A DNA stretch of 64,000 bases from Lama guanicoe (taxonomy: Eukaryota), in contig MU053504.1 in assembly GCA_013239625.1 (NCBI GenBank), positions 1,674,001-1,738,000 on the forward strand. Reading direction: 5' to 3'. Below the pieces are notes generated by a model. The model did no database searches, was not told the origin of the DNA, and saw nothing but the letters and a program-made list of their open reading frames with translations. The position numbers were made by a program, and so were the translations under genes. Shown one piece after another: positions 36,961 through 52,927 of this stretch (position 1 is the first letter of the stretch; each line of letters opens with the position of its first letter).

Positions 36961-37744
36961 GGAGGAGTCTAGGACCTGCAGAGGGGAAACACCGCCGTGG
37001 ATGGACCGCTCTGGAAATCACTGAATTGCCTAGACACAGGTTCGAACCTTAGACTGCCACTCAGGGTTTTATGGTCTTGCGGAAGAAATTCTCTAAGCCT
37101 AATTCCTCATTTGTTCAATGAAGTAATCATGCATTTACAATAGAGATGTGTCTACAAAGTGCTCTCAGGAGGAGAATTAGTGATGGAAAGACGAGGCTGT
37201 TAGGAGAAATGGATCCGAGGAGCTGGTGAGGAGGCCAGAGCTACGGCAGGTGAGCCAGGGTGATCCTGCACCTTCTCAAGTAGAGGGGATCCCACTGAGT
37301 AGGTATGGGCAACTAGGCAAGGAGGAGGCTCTTGAGACTTTCCAGGAGGACTTGGCTCCAGACTGTTCCTGGGGGCATTGTAGGCTGCTGATCAGGGTCG
37401 TCATTCTTTGTCCGTGCCTCGGCTGCTGTTCCACCCATCCTAAGGGCTTTGAGGGGGACCTGAGAAATGGTGCTCCCTCCAGGGCATCATCTTGTCGGTG
37501 AGACAAAACCAATGTAGGGAGGACACTTCACTGCAAGGAGGGGCAAGCCTGGCATCCCATCTCCTGCTCTCTGTGGAGGGCACTGTTTGCCTGGGGGTGA
37601 GCATTCGAGGCCCTAGACCACTGACACCGCTTCTCAGAATTCTCTCAGGCCATTCCAGGGCAAGTACTGTTAGTGCCTAATTATGACTCTGCCCTTTCCA
37701 GCAGAAGCCAGAGAGAGTCCAGGAAATGAACTAGAATTGCTTCT

Positions 37745-38100
37745 AGGCAGCCATAACAATCCCATTCCTCTTTGCCAAATACTCCATTTCCCAGCCTTCC
37801 TTGAAGTGGGAAGAACATGTGACTCAATTCTGGCCAATAAAATTTAAAGGGAACCATGAAGTTTCTAGGAAAGCTTTTACCTTCATGGTGCTGCTGCCTC
37901 AATCACTTCAGGGAGCTGTGGCAGCCACCTTGTGGCATGGCGAAGACAAGATGCTAAGGATGGGAGAGCAGAAGGATGAAAAGTCTAGGTCCTTGATGAT
38001 CCAACCTCTATTACACTTATGATGCCTATGTCCAGACTTTTTGTCAGGTGAGGAAAAATAAACTACTCTCTTGAGTTCCTGTAAATCAGGTTTTCTTCAT
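37745..38100 (+). mobile_element. MaLR MLT1-type LTR
   Basis: CATTTCCCAGCCTTCCTTG, ATGTGACTCAATTCTGGCCAAT and GGAGCTGTGGCAGCCACCTTGTG motifs. Confidence 0.65.
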
Positions 38101-38624
38101 TGGGGGGCTGTTAGGATGGCCAATGGAATTATCATAAAGGACAGCTAACTGCATGAAGCACACCTGCGTCCCTTCTGCCTTTGGGGGCGCACCACTAATT
38201 ACAAGTTGGTTCTCAGCCTTCACGTCTACGTGTTCTGCCCTCAGACATCAGCTAATCGCTGTACAGTGGCTCAGGACACTGCAGGCTGTTTCTAGTTGTC
38301 CGTATCACTTGCCTTCTGGGTAAGTCTGGTGTCCAGATTCTAAGCTGGAACTAAGTTGAAATCCTTTTGGTGACTGTCTGAGCTGAAGAGAAAGTCCTAT
38401 TGGGCAGAAAAGTGGAACCACTACTCCTCCTGGGCAACGTGGAGGAGCCTGGGCTTTGGGCCAACCTCCTGGCACGGCCCAGTGAGCACCTCCCGTTTCA
38501 TGCCTCCTCTGGGAAATGTTTACTCCAGCTTTGCCCTCCACACCCCCCTTACCCAGGCCTCACCTCCCACACGTGCAAAGACACAAGCAGACCAAAAGGA
38601 TGCCACTCAAGAGGCTTTCTCCAT

Positions 38625-38630
38625 TTTATT
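38625..38630 (-). terminator. LZTS3: LZTS3 polyadenylation signal AATAAA (3'UTR about 1.87 kb)
   Basis: tttatt at the end of an AU-rich terminal UTR block (38630-38770). Confidence 0.75.
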
Positions 38631-40476
38631 TCTTTGGGAAAAGAAAACGAAGTCTTTCCATCACATATGGTAGAGATATATATTTATATATATTTATATA
38701 TAATTTCTTTTGTCGTTGGAAGTCCCAAAGCTGAGTCTTTTCATATTTTTTTCTATTTTTTTTCCTACTAATGCCTTCTCTTCCCCCTGCCCCTCTGGCC
38801 CAGGCCCAGGTTCTGGGGCAGGTGCTGTGAAGGGTGAGTGGAATGGGCAGTGATTGCCAGGTCAGCCCCCAACCCAGTTCAGAGATCTGGTGAGGGCCAC
38901 CAGAAGGGGCTGTGCAGAAGGACAGAGGCCACACAGAGGGGCACTCCTGTTTTTGTGGGGGATGCACAGCTCGTGAAACAGTCACCAGTCATGTGAGGAG
39001 GCTGGTCAGTGGTCGGGGGATTGCTCACAGTAGTTGCCAGCTCCCTCCACCCTGCCCCACAAACCCAGAATAGGGGTGGGAGGGAGAGAGTCAAAAGACA
39101 GAAATACAAGGGCTGAAGGCCAAGCCTCCTCCGATTTTTATTGCTGGTGTGTTAGAAATTTGCCTTTCCCTTCTTATCTTGGGGAGATGGACTCTGAGAG
39201 GGCCGCAAGAGGAGGAAGTGACACTGGCTGTCCCAATCCCCACTGGTGGCCATGCCAGGCCTGCCCTGGTCAAACACTGGGCTACCTTAGGCTTCTGACA
39301 CCCAGGAGTCACTGTTCCTCTCCATTCAGCCGTGCTCTTCAAGAGCAATCATAGCCATCTCCCCACCCCCCAAAACAAGGGCCTCAGGCTCAGGCCTGGG
39401 CCCAGTGGAGCTTGGAAGTGGGCAATGCACCAAAGATCAAGCAAAATTTTCTACTGGAAGAAAAGGTGAGGATTGGGGGAAGAGGTGGCCTAGGACAATG
39501 ATGTTCTGAGCATGAAAGCAGTAGGCTGAGCATGAAAGCAGAAGGAGGCTGAGGGAATCAAGTTGGGGAAGACACAGGAAGACATCACAGACACTCATAT
39601 GACCTCAGAAACTGGGTGAGGGGAGTGCCTGAGAGGCAGGTAGCACTTAATAGCTGTAGTTAGAGCCAGACAGTGGCCCTGGGTGTGGGGTCAGCCAAGC
39701 AGATGGGGCTGTCGTCTTGTGGGTCCTGGCCAGAGGGGTGAGGGTAGAGCTAAGAAGCCTCCAGGTGACCCTTCCCAAGAACAGGAGGGCAGATCTTCCC
39801 TGGGCACTGAGCCTGCAGCCCCAGCCCTCCCCTCCAACACACACACATGGACACACACTCAGGACCAGGCCAGGCTCTGAGGCCTGAGCCCAAGAGACCT
39901 TGGGGAGGGAGGGGCTGGGCAGGTAGCCCTCTCAACCACAGGCAGGCCATCTGCTCCCACTTATCCTGCCAATCTGCCCAAAGGCGGGAGAAAAGTGCAG
40001 AAAGGGGAGAGGCCAGGAGCCCAAGGTCTGTCACCTTCAGCAGACCCCACGCAAGCCCCTTCAGGCTACATGGCCTAGGAGATGGGCACAGAGAACACCT
40101 CTGGACACGGGGTGGCCACCAGTAGCAGCCCAGAGCCACCAAGGGGCTAGGAACCTAGGCCTGCTACCTCTCCAACAAGTGAGGGCCAAGAAAGGGAGCA
40201 TGGTCTCCCCTGCTGCCTGGGCCCCTCATTCCCACTCACTCTGCCTTGTCCCATCTCCTCCTTGGGAGGAGGGTGGAGCGGGCTGCCCAGAGGGGCAGTG
40301 GTAGAGCTGGGAGGCACCCAGTGTGGGGGGGGGGGGTCCTGGTCACAGCTGCTTTGAGAACCTCTTTGGTCTGGGGAAACAGGGCACATGGGGAAAAGAG
40401 ATGGCAGGGAGGGGATATTGGGGACTCTGGCCTTTGACAGAGTATTGGTCAAAAGGCCACACACCCAGGTAGGGGA

Positions 40477-41202
<726 letters not shown>

Positions 41203-41358
41203 TCAGGATGAGGCAGAGCTCTGCTCACCCCCAGCCCAGCCCCCATATCCAGCCCCAGTGGCACCAAGCTGCCCCAGGGCTCAGGCTCAGCTCCTCATTA
41301 GGACAGAAATGACACATGGGCCCCCTCCTCAGGCTCGGGACAGGCATGGCTAATCTCA

Positions 41359-42453
<1,095 letters not shown>

Positions 42454-42636
42454 CTAAGCTTGTTGGGCCCCACCTTCCACCTCCCCCTGCCCCCATCTCC
42501 ATCCTGGGTGTCCCTCCTGGTTGGGTCTTCACCTTACACCCACCACCCGCCTCCCTACAGCTGGGTCTCTGCCCTAGACCCACCAACTGGACTTGGCCCC
42601 CAAGGCTCCCCAGCCCAGCTGCTATCCCAGCCCCTA

Positions 42637-43254
<618 letters not shown>

Positions 43255-44095
43255 TCAGACTCGGCACCATCTGCATCCTGCCCCTCAGTGTCCCCTTCTT
43301 TACGGTGGGTACAAGAGTTCCCAAACATTCAAGGTGAAGGAACGGGGCTGGGGAAGTAGTGATAGCTTGGTAATAGGGGACGCCTGTCGCACAACCGACA
43401 AAGGCCAACTCCTAGGGGCCATGCACCTACCCTCCTAACTTTGCTCAGCTCAGTATTCCACTCTTCAGCTCCCACCTCAAACCCACCCCCTCAATGAGCC
43501 TCCCAGACTCAGTGACCCCTCCTCAACTCTTCACTGCAACCCCCAGAACTTAGGGGTTCTTTACTCTGTGTCTGGGCCCCTAGATCCCAACCTCATGGGC
43601 TGGGGAAATGGAGCTGGAAAGGGACAGCAGTATCTGAACCCAACAGGGAATCTCAGAAGTTAAGGGAGGGAGAGAAACCCACCCCTATCCAAAAATTGTG
43701 GATGGGAGTCCTTCCCGGCTCCCTAACCTAGGGTGTTGCAGTCAAGGGCAGAAGTGGAGGCTCACTACCAGCGCAGGATCCTCTCCTTGCCTTTCCAAGG
43801 GAGTGGGGGNNNNNNNNNNNNNNNNNNNNNNNNNNNNNNNNNNNNNNNNNNNNNNNNNNNNNNNNNNNNNNNNNNNNNNNNNNNNNNNNNNNNNNNNNNN
43901 NNNNNNNNNNNNNNNNNNNNNNNNNNNNNNNNNNNNNNNNNNNNNNNNNNNNNNNNNNNNNNNNNNNNNNNNNNNNNNNNNNNNNNNNNNNNNNNNNCGT
44001 GCCAGGCACCCCCCAAGGCGGCGGGCGCGGAAGGGTACGCGGGTTTAGTGGGTAAGGTGAGCGGGCGCTGCGGCTGCCGCGCGCATCTGGGCCAC

Positions 44096-44319
44096 CACAG
44101 GCACGCCCCGCCCCCCCGCGGAGAGCCGGGGACCGCGGCTGCAGCGCGTGGCAAGGGGGCCCTCCCGGAGGTCTTCCCAACACGGCCGCACGGGAGCCTG
44201 GCACGAGAGGGCCCCCTCCCCATGGTCAGTACCTCGGTAGAGGCCCAGGGTCTGGCTGAGCCCAGGGTAGAGGACGCAGCGCCGCCCGCTGCGAGCGCCT
44301 GCCGTGCCTCCCTCCGGGC
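44096..44319 (-). other. LZTS3: Probable LZTS3 5'UTR exon 2 in a CpG island (alternative donor at 44233; donor uncertain)
   Basis: C-rich tract plus ccgcag| acceptor at 44320-44321. Candidate donors GAG|gtactg (44233) and GTG|gtggcc (44096). The true donor could also lie in the N-run 43810-43997. Confidence 0.5.
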
Positions 44320-47300
44320 CTGCGGTTCCGACAGGTGGGCGGGGCAGGGGCAGGGGCGGGGCCTCCGCGTCCAGCAGCGCCCTGGAGGATTCCGCGCAGG
44401 CAGAACCCCTCAAAGAATTCACTGCCGCCAGGAAGACTTCCTGGATTACTTCCCTCCCCCGCTCCTTGTGGACCTTGATCCTGCTCAGTTCACCGTGAAT
44501 TCCTCTGAGTACTTCTGTGGACGTGCGTCCCCCCTCCCCCAAGGCAGGCCCACAGGAGCAGGGGGAGCAGGGCCTTGGGTTACCTGTGCTCAGGAAGGCC
44601 CTGCTTCCTGGTTCCTTTGTTTCAAGTCCGCACCTGGGAACACCTGCCCCAGAGATCCTCATAATCCAACCGGGCAGGGGCAGCAGGCAGTGCCGGCCGT
44701 GAGTGGAGATGCTCAAATACGTGTGCCAGAGATGGCAGGGGGCGCCCTTCAGGCCTTTAACCCCTGCTCCCACCAGAAACCAGACAGGGAGCCCTCCTTC
44801 TCTACCAAGGTGAAGGGGTACAGGTGGCAGCTCTTGGCCCCTTGTGCACTGCTCACACTGTCTTCTACCCAATTCTAATGCTGTGTTTGTCCTGTCAGGT
44901 TCCAGACCAGGGAAGCCTGACAAAACTCTTGCCCTTCAGGAGTCTTCTGGCCACCACACCTAGAATTACAGCCCTAGGTAACTCACCACGAAACCAGTCC
45001 ACACTGCCTTTGTAAATTCCATTCTCTCAGCATCTGGCCCCCAGGTGTGGAGAACAGTACTTTACTACCTTCCTTCCTTAAGCCAATCTGTCCCATGTGT
45101 CCCATAAGGCTGAGACTTAAGATGAGGCAAGAGAGGCACCTAGGGTGCAACTTAAGTGCAGGACCCTGTGAGTGAGTGCCTCCTTACGTCTGATGGCCTA
45201 GGTGCCTGTAGTGACTCACCCTGGCCCTGATCTGTCTCCACTCCCCTCATACTCCAGCCCAGATATCCCCCTCCCACCCTAAGCATGACCCCTTTCTCTT
45301 GCCATCTCTGGATGCAGTGTAGGGAGCCACTGGGGACTGGGAGGAAGGAGGTAAGTGGCCTGAGGCTTAAAACCAGTGGGAAGATCTGGGAAGGGTTTGG
45401 GAGGAAGAACCGACAAAACTTCACATAGATGGGGTTCCAGGGTGGGGCAAGGGAGGATCTGGACCAGGGCACCAGGGTGTGTGTGACACCCTTAGCATGA
45501 CAGGAGGAGAATGTTTGGGAGAAACAGATGCTCTGAGGAAGACTAGAGAAAGATATCTTTCACATACTGGATGGAAAGAGACTGGAATCATGAGCATTCA
45601 AGGGTGGTATGGGTGGGGCCCCACATGTAGCTAGGGTGGCAGAGCCCCAGAAGCCTGGGTGGCAGTGTGGGAGCAGGAAGAAGCCAGGAGAAGGTAGGCC
45701 CTGAAGACTAAGATGAGGTGGGCTTCAAGAAGACTATGATGGGAGATAGCTCCTGTTGTTAAAAAGGGGGCCAGGTAAAACTGCGATTAGAGAGGATTCC
45801 CTGAATTTGACAAGTGGAAACATCACTGGTATCTATGACAGAATGATTTCAGAAAAGTGGTGCAAGGCAGAGCCAGACTACAGGAGTAGTAGGGAGGGTC
45901 TGGCGGGAAAGATGAGAGAGTTCCCTGCTAAAAGAGAAGGCCAGAGAGGACAGTAATTTAAGGTGTTTTGGGATCCAGGGGCTCTTTTCTAATTTTAGAA
46001 TTAAACATGGTAGAAACCTGAGTATGTTGAAATGCTGAAGGAAGGCGTCAATATTGAGATTAGAGATCTGGCAAGGGGGCTGTGCCAGAAGCCTGAGTGT
46101 GGGCAGGAGCAAACCTAGAAGTGATCATAATGATTGCGAGAGTGACAATGTTTGGGAAGGTGCTTTGTAAACTGTAAAGTGCAGTACAAACATGCAGTAC
46201 TACCTTTTTGGAGATCTAGGAAAGGAGAATCTGACCATAGGTTGGGGCTGATCATATGCCACTCTGACCCACTGTTTCCCTGGAGTGTGTGTGGTCCCCA
46301 GCCAGGCCTGGATGCCTGAGTCCTGGATGGATGGAAATGAGGTCCCAGAACTGTTTTCTGACCCTCCTATCCCTGTGATACACCTGGGAACACCTTGACT
46401 ACCAACACACTGCAGTTCTCCCTGGAGCCTCGCTCCCCAAAGAGCTTCTTGCCATAATTCTAACCTGTTATGGTCAACCGCATGCAAGCGTTGCCTGCCC
46501 CTTGCCTCTCCCAAGTTTGGGCTGCTACAGCTTCATTCCTCAAAACCCCAGCCAGGAGCTGGCAAGATAAGGAGGAGCACATGTTTCCCAGATGGACAGA
46601 AACTGAGCCCAGGGGAAGGGTTTGAGCTTCATCTGTGAGTCAGGGTCCTGAACTAGGCCAGGTAGCTGAGTATGGTCTGCAAAGACAGCCTCATGGCATC
46701 AGGTCAGCAACCTGGGATGTCAGCCTGTTGCCCTATTCTATCTCTATCTCTGTACTATCAACCCTCAGTGCCTGGGACATTACAAACAGTATTAATGAGT
46801 ATTAACAAAGTGGCTAACTAGACAAAACCTGGGGGTTACATGGGCAGGTCCCTCTAACCCACAGTGACCACCCAGCCCCTCCCTACTTATGTCCCTCCCA
46901 AAGCTAGTAATGCTCCACCGTTCTCTTGGGGGTCTCAGAGGCCCCAAGCTCAGCCCATTTATCCCTTGAAGATCTCAGCAGCCCCTCCTGCCAACATCCT
47001 TGCTGAGCGCGCCTCACTGGCCTTTTTTGCCCTCCATTCCCTCCCCCATTCAGCTGCCATGGACTCTATAAAGGGCAAAGCCAATCTTGTCCTGCTTTGC
47101 TCAAATTCTTCCATGAGCAGTGCCAAGTGCAGTAGGCAGAGTTATGGAGGCATCAGCTCCAAGTGTAAATCCCAGCTCAACTGATTAGGGGTGGAACTGC
47201 ATGCAGGTTATTCCAACTCGGGTTCTCACACCTACCTTACAGGAATTTTAAGAAGTGAATGTATTATGGGTAAATGCCTAACATTCCTCTCAGCCCTCAG

Positions 47301-47899
47301 AACCAGAGCAGAGCTTGCAGCAGGGCCCTAAAGGTATCTCTTGCTGCTCATCCTATTTCCCCTGACCTGAGCCCCTCTCCACTTCACACACAAAATCTCT
47401 TCTCAGCTCTCTGTGCCATCCTGCATCCTTCAAGGACCAATCCAAATGCTGCCTCCCAGGACAGCATCCCTGATCTCCCCTGAGGGGAAGGGGTTTGGGA
47501 GCACTTAGCTCAGGCTACTCCAGAGAGATTTCATTTTGAGGCTTCCCTGGGACTAGGGGGAACAGACGGCAGTATTGGGGGTCTCTGGGCCCTGGCACTG
47601 AGGAGATGCAGAGAGAATGCGTGTGGGAATGGTAGTTATGACCAATGCAAAGAGGTAACGAATCCGGCCAGGAAAATCAGGAAGGACTTTCGGGAAGGAT
47701 TGAGAAAAGGTATTGGGGTCACTGTAGGGCTTTTGGGGGTGCAGAGGTCTCCAGAACTTCTTGGTGGGATGTGTGAGGGGAGATTCATCTTCCCTCGGCG
47801 ACAAAGGGGAAGGGGCCCATCCCCTAGATCCTGGCTCTGATGAAGCCCGTGTTTCAGGACTGAGGGGGCTGACAGGGCCCCCACACACACCCCGAGCAC

Positions 47900-49260
47900 A
47901 CACACGCGCGCACACACGAGCCTCCGCACGGGGGATTGAGGGGAGGGCGGGTGTTCGCCATCACCAGCAGCCCACGGCCCGCAGCGCCAACAGATAGAGA
48001 CCCTGGCCACAGGTCATTGCGAGGAGGTGCCCGGGGTGGGGGTCGGGGGGGTCTCTGCGGTGGGAGAAATCCCTCCCGCACCTCCCAGCGCTCCCCAGCA
48101 ACGCGTGTGGCCCGGGGGGGCGGGGCGCAGAGGGAAGAGGTGACATAATCCGGGCCGCACCCCCTCCGGCCTCCACCTTCCCCGAGGCCCTGCGAAGCAT
48201 CCATGACATCATCGGCCTCATCTCCACTCCCCTCACCCCCGGGACCCCAGCAGCGGGACGCGCCCCCTCCCCAGCTCCGGGTCCAGCTGCACGAGCCTCG
48301 CGGTGCAGCGGGCACGGAGACAGGTTGGAGCCGGGAGGGGCGCCGCAGTGGGCCTGCCTCACTTACTCGCTGCCTCAGGGTCCGGTGCGGGGTCTTCGGC
48401 GCGGGCGCCACCGGCCCGGCTCGTTGGCGCAGCCCGAAGCCCGCCCGGCGGGGCGCTAGGCGCGGGCCCGGCTCCTCTTCCCGCCCCTCCCGCTCCCCGC
48501 CAGGGCCCCGCCCACCCGCGGCTGCGGCAAACGCGGGCCCGCCCTCCGGCCACGCCCCCCGGGGCCACCAATCCCGGGGCTGGGGCGGGGCGCAGTGCCT
48601 TAACCCCTTCGCTGCGTCGCGGCTGGCGTGTGGGACACTTCTACTTCACCCCTCCCAGGGCGCCACCAGTCTACCCTGAGCCCTTCTGCTCATCGCCTGC
48701 CTTTTAACCCCCAAGACCTTTGGGCTCAGCCCCCAGTCTCTCTTCGACAAATCCAGTGGGACAGAGCCCTCCTTGAACCCCACATCTTTGGCGACAGGGA
48801 GGAGCCCCTCTGGCTTGGGGAAGGGACTTTAGACGCGGAACCCCGAGCCCCATTCCTCTCCTGCTCTTGCTCTTCCGGACGCGGCCTCCCAGCGGACGCC
48901 TTGAGACCCTGCAAATCTGCAACTGCAGGGGCGGGGCAAACCTCAGGTTGATCCGGCACCGCGGAGGAAAGACCCCCTACTCAGGGCGCGGGGACAAGCA
49001 GGCGGGCGTATGGGAGGCTTCGAGGGTCCTTCACTGCATCCGTCAGCAGTCGGTGCCAGTTTGAAACTTGCTTCTCGCGGAGGGTCACCGTCCGAGGGAA
49101 TGGGCGAGAGACGAGGGGAAAGACATACATTACAATCGATCAGGGTTTGAGTGCTTCACCCTGTGGCCCGAACCTGGCACGATGCCCGACCCCTCGGGGT
49201 GGGAGGGAGCGAGGTGGTTCGTCTCGGATCACCTCTTCGCACGTGCTCGCGGAGTCTGTG
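47900..49260. promoter_or_regulatory. CpG-island promoter of LZTS3
   Basis: Very high GC/CpG. Multiple GC boxes at 48450-48590, CCAAT at 48568-48572, CRE-like TGACATCA at 48204-48211. Confidence 0.85.
48367..48500 (-). other. LZTS3: LZTS3 non-coding first exon (5' end approximate)
   Basis: Donor CGA|gtaagt at 48366-48365 within a strong CpG island. Confidence 0.75.
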
Positions 49261-51176
49261 AGAGGAGTGCTCATTCTGCCCCAGGTAGTCCAGGAGGACT
49301 GCCCGGAGGAAAAAGTCTGGCTAGAACTGAGGCCTTAGCCTTGAATAGGGCAGGCAAACAAGCCAGGCCTAGGGTTCAGCATTAGCAAAAGCCTGGAGGC
49401 ACAAAGGGTCTGTCCTAAAAACTGCAGTGTCTACACTCCAGCTGTTGTTTAACCCATTGTTTGGTCATCTGTTATCCTATTTTATAGTTTTTATTTCTGG
49501 CTAATTCGTTTTCTGAATTGTTCTATATTTGCTTTTATCTTCTATTTGGAAGGCAGAGAGCCTGTTTTTAATTCTCCTGGTTGTTGCCTTTATGTTTATC
49601 AAATAAAAATGCAGTTTATATTTTACAAATAATTCAAGTCAATGACAAATCATTCATTTTTATGTTCCTCCTTATGTAATGAGAAATTTAATGTGCCTTT
49701 CCATCTCTTGATCTGCTGCCCTCACACATACTTATATTTGTCCACTTAATCCAGAATGATAGACCCAGCTTTTATTTACACTTTTTTTAAGCCACAAAAT
49801 CCTCTTTTTCAATCAGTGTTTTTTACTTTTGCCAACCCTTTGTTTAACTGGTAACAGTGTCGCTGCCAGTTTTTTATGTTCTGATTTTTCCTATTCCTCA
49901 TTCAGACGCATCTGTGATTTCAGGGAGGACTCCGAATGATATGTTTCTCTAAGTCTTTGCCCTAGGTAATGCCTTTCTACTGTCTTTACACAAATGGTGG
50001 CCTGACTATTTGTAGAATTCTTGAGTCTCAAAATCTTCCCCTCAAGACTCTTTTGCTCTTATCCCATTGTCTTTTGAATCTTAAAATGGTTGCAAGTATA
50101 CCTGAAACTAATCTAATGTTATATGTCAATTATATCACACACACAAAAAAGGTAGCAAAGTGGGCTGGTCTGATTTAGGCAAGCAATTTGCTTGGTGCTT
50201 GTTGGGATTTTTCTTTACCTTCAGAAGTCATTTTACTAGTATAAATCTCAGTATGGGCATTTTTCTATTAATTTTCCAGAAATTAAAAAAGGTCTTCTTT
50301 TCAGCTAAGAAGTTTTCTTCTAATATGTTCCTGTCTGTTCTGTGAACAGATTTGTTTGAGTTGGTGGGTTTTTTTTGTTTTTTGTTTCCCTCCCCTGGAA
50401 TGATCACACTGGACAACCACTGTCAATTAAAATCTCTTTGTCCCTTTTCTCTGCATCCTTACTCAAGTTTGCTTTTTTTTTTTTTAAATTATCATGGACT
50501 TAATTTTCTTCAGACTCAGAGGTATTCTGTTTTCTCTAATAAGATATTTAATCCTGTTTGTTTTATTTTCCTTTCATTTTAGCAATTTCCACCCCACCTC
50601 GTCTTGATCTCAACTTAATCTCTTTTTATAGTTCAATGTGGTTTTGCACCTTAAGAACATCAGGAAAATAAGAGGAGAATAGCATATCTGACTCTGTTCT
50701 AATGCATATGAAAACCTTGATACTGTGGACTATTTTCTGGGAAATAAAACTACAAAAATAAGAAAGATGTTGAAAATATTATCCAAGAAATATGTCCAAA
50801 AAAGGTTCTAGGCCCAGAAGGTTTAATGGAAGAATTTCTCTCAAACTTTCAGTGAACATCTAATTCCTCACCCTGTAAATATGTATCAGAGTCTAGAAAA
50901 GTTAAAATGCTCTTTCATTTTATGAAGCCACAATTCCCTTTACATCAATTCCCAATAAAGGTAGCATAAAAAGGAAAACTGCAAACCAATCATACTTATC
51001 AGCTCAGGGAGGAGAAAAATTCCTAAATACAACTCAAGGAAATAAAGTATTATTACATATGAAATTAATAATCTATGAGTGTGTTAAATGAGCAAAAACA
51101 ATAATCACAATAGATGCCAAAAAGTCATTCAAAAATCAATACTCAAAAGAACCCTCACAACTGACCAGGAATGGAT

Positions 51177-51569
51177 GAAATTAAGATTCACTATTTTGTG
51201 CTACCTTGCCATTTGGTAAAATCAGGAAGGCCTCAAACAGCCTAATCAAAAGTTGCCCTAGCCAAACAATCCTCCCTATCAAATGGACCAGGTGCAGTTT
51301 CTGCTTATCTCCGAGTAGTGGGTTTCAGGTGTCAGCCAGCCCTCAGAATTATTCAAACAAGCCAATCAGCTCCCTGCCCACCACAGCCCCTGCTTGTTCA
51401 CTGTATTCCTGAGTGCAACACCTGTGTGGTCCTGTGTGGCTTCTGGTGTTCTCCTCCCCTGGGCTGTGAGTATATGTGCTGCCAATCTCACCTGCTCAGT
51501 GTCAGGTTTGTGTTTGGCCATCCCCAGTCTCTGCCTCACCAACAGGGTGAAGAGGAGGTGATTAAAACA
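51177..51569 (+). mobile_element. Solo ERVL-class LTR (MER54-like)
   Basis: TG...ATTAAGATTCACTATTTTGTGCT start, AGCCAATCA core, GTGATTAAAACA end. Confidence 0.6.
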
Positions 51570-52162
51570 AGAGTATATCAGACTAACAAAAATTAATCCA
51601 TGTTGGTGAGGCTGTAGGGAAGGAGGAACTCACAAAGTATTTTTGAGAGTATAAATTGGTAAAACCTTTTGGGAGGACAATTGCGTAATTTATTAAAATG
51701 AGAAATATGTATATCCTCAGACCCAGGAATCCTATTTCTGGGAAGAAATACCATCACAAATAGTATGATAGACTTAGAAAGACAGTCATTAATGTAACAG
51801 CAAAAACATTTTTTAACCTAAATACATCAACCTATTAATAGAAGATTGATTAAATGAATAATAACGCAACCAGCGCAATGCAAGTGAAAAAAGCAAGTGG
51901 CAGAATCATATGTATACACACCATATGCTAATTTTCCTACTATTTTTAAAAGAATATATAAGTACATGCTAGGAAAAGTCTGGAAAGATACACACCAAAC
52001 TATTAACAGTGGCTACCTTGAGATGGTGGGATTGCAGGGGGTATGGCAGAAGAGAGGACTCTAGAACTTTGGTAATATATTTTGCACTTTTTACAACAAG
52101 CATAGATTACTTTTTGTAAAAAAAAATTAAAAGAGGTTTGCTTGGAAGAATAAACAGGTGAG

Positions 52163-52210
52163 ACATTACATTGTAAACTGACTATAACTCAATAAAAAAA
52201 TGTTAAAAAA
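52163..52210 (+). mobile_element. 48-nt retroposon tail (L1 extreme 3' end) with perfect 14-bp TSD
   Basis: AATAAACAGGTGAG at 52149-52162 and 52211-52224 flanks ACATTGTAAACTGACTATAACTCAATAAAAAAA. Confidence 0.8.
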
Positions 52211-52927
52211 AATAAACAGGTGAGTAAGCTCTGAAAGTTTAGACACAGCAGGCTATTAACATAATAAACATTTGGTCAAAAATCCTTACCCCAGTGGAGA
52301 TTGCATTCTAGTGGGAGGAGACAATAAATAAAATATATAGTGAATTAGAAAGTGGTGAGTACTAAAGAGAAGTTGAGATTGCAGGGGATCCCAATTCTGG
52401 ATAAGGTAGAAGGCCTTGCTGTAGAGGTGACACTTAAGTCACAGACCAGGAGGGGAGGGAGCAAGTGTAAAGGAGGTTTCTAGGATACAATCATTTTACC
52501 TATAATAAAACAAGCTTTTCTTTTTCAATATTTTCTTGTTTTATTGCACTAACTAAAGCTTCTAGATTGAAAAATGGCTAAACATTATTTTAATTATAGT
52601 TTTCAGTAAGATGAGTAACTACAAAAGGAATTAACATTGTTAAAGATCTACCCTTTTAAACGGCAGTATCCCTAGACTGTTTCATGGCTGAGTTCTACGG
52701 CTAAATTCTATTAATCTACAGACAGATCATTCTAAACCATAGGAAAAGATGAAAAACTCCCTAATTCATTTCATAAAGGTAGAATCATCTTAATGCCAAA
52801 ATCTGACAAGTGAGACAAAAGAAGAAAACTGTGTGATTGATTAATCACCTGTCTTCCCCATTTGCTTGTAGCATCTAGAGATGCTTTAGACAGGATCTTT
52901 TTTTAAAATTCTCCATCTTAATACTCT

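Noticed and set aside
44730-44748. CTCF-like GGCAGGGGGCGC motif
   Set aside because: Only a partial match; unsupported without a PWM scan or ChIP data.
43698-44923. 381-aa and 292-aa ORFs
   Set aside because: GC-rich CpG-island frames (one spans an N-run) with low-complexity Pro/Gly/Arg content and no recognisable domain.
47553-49385. Many overlapping ORFs
   Set aside because: Expected stop-codon scarcity in the LZTS3 CpG-island promoter.
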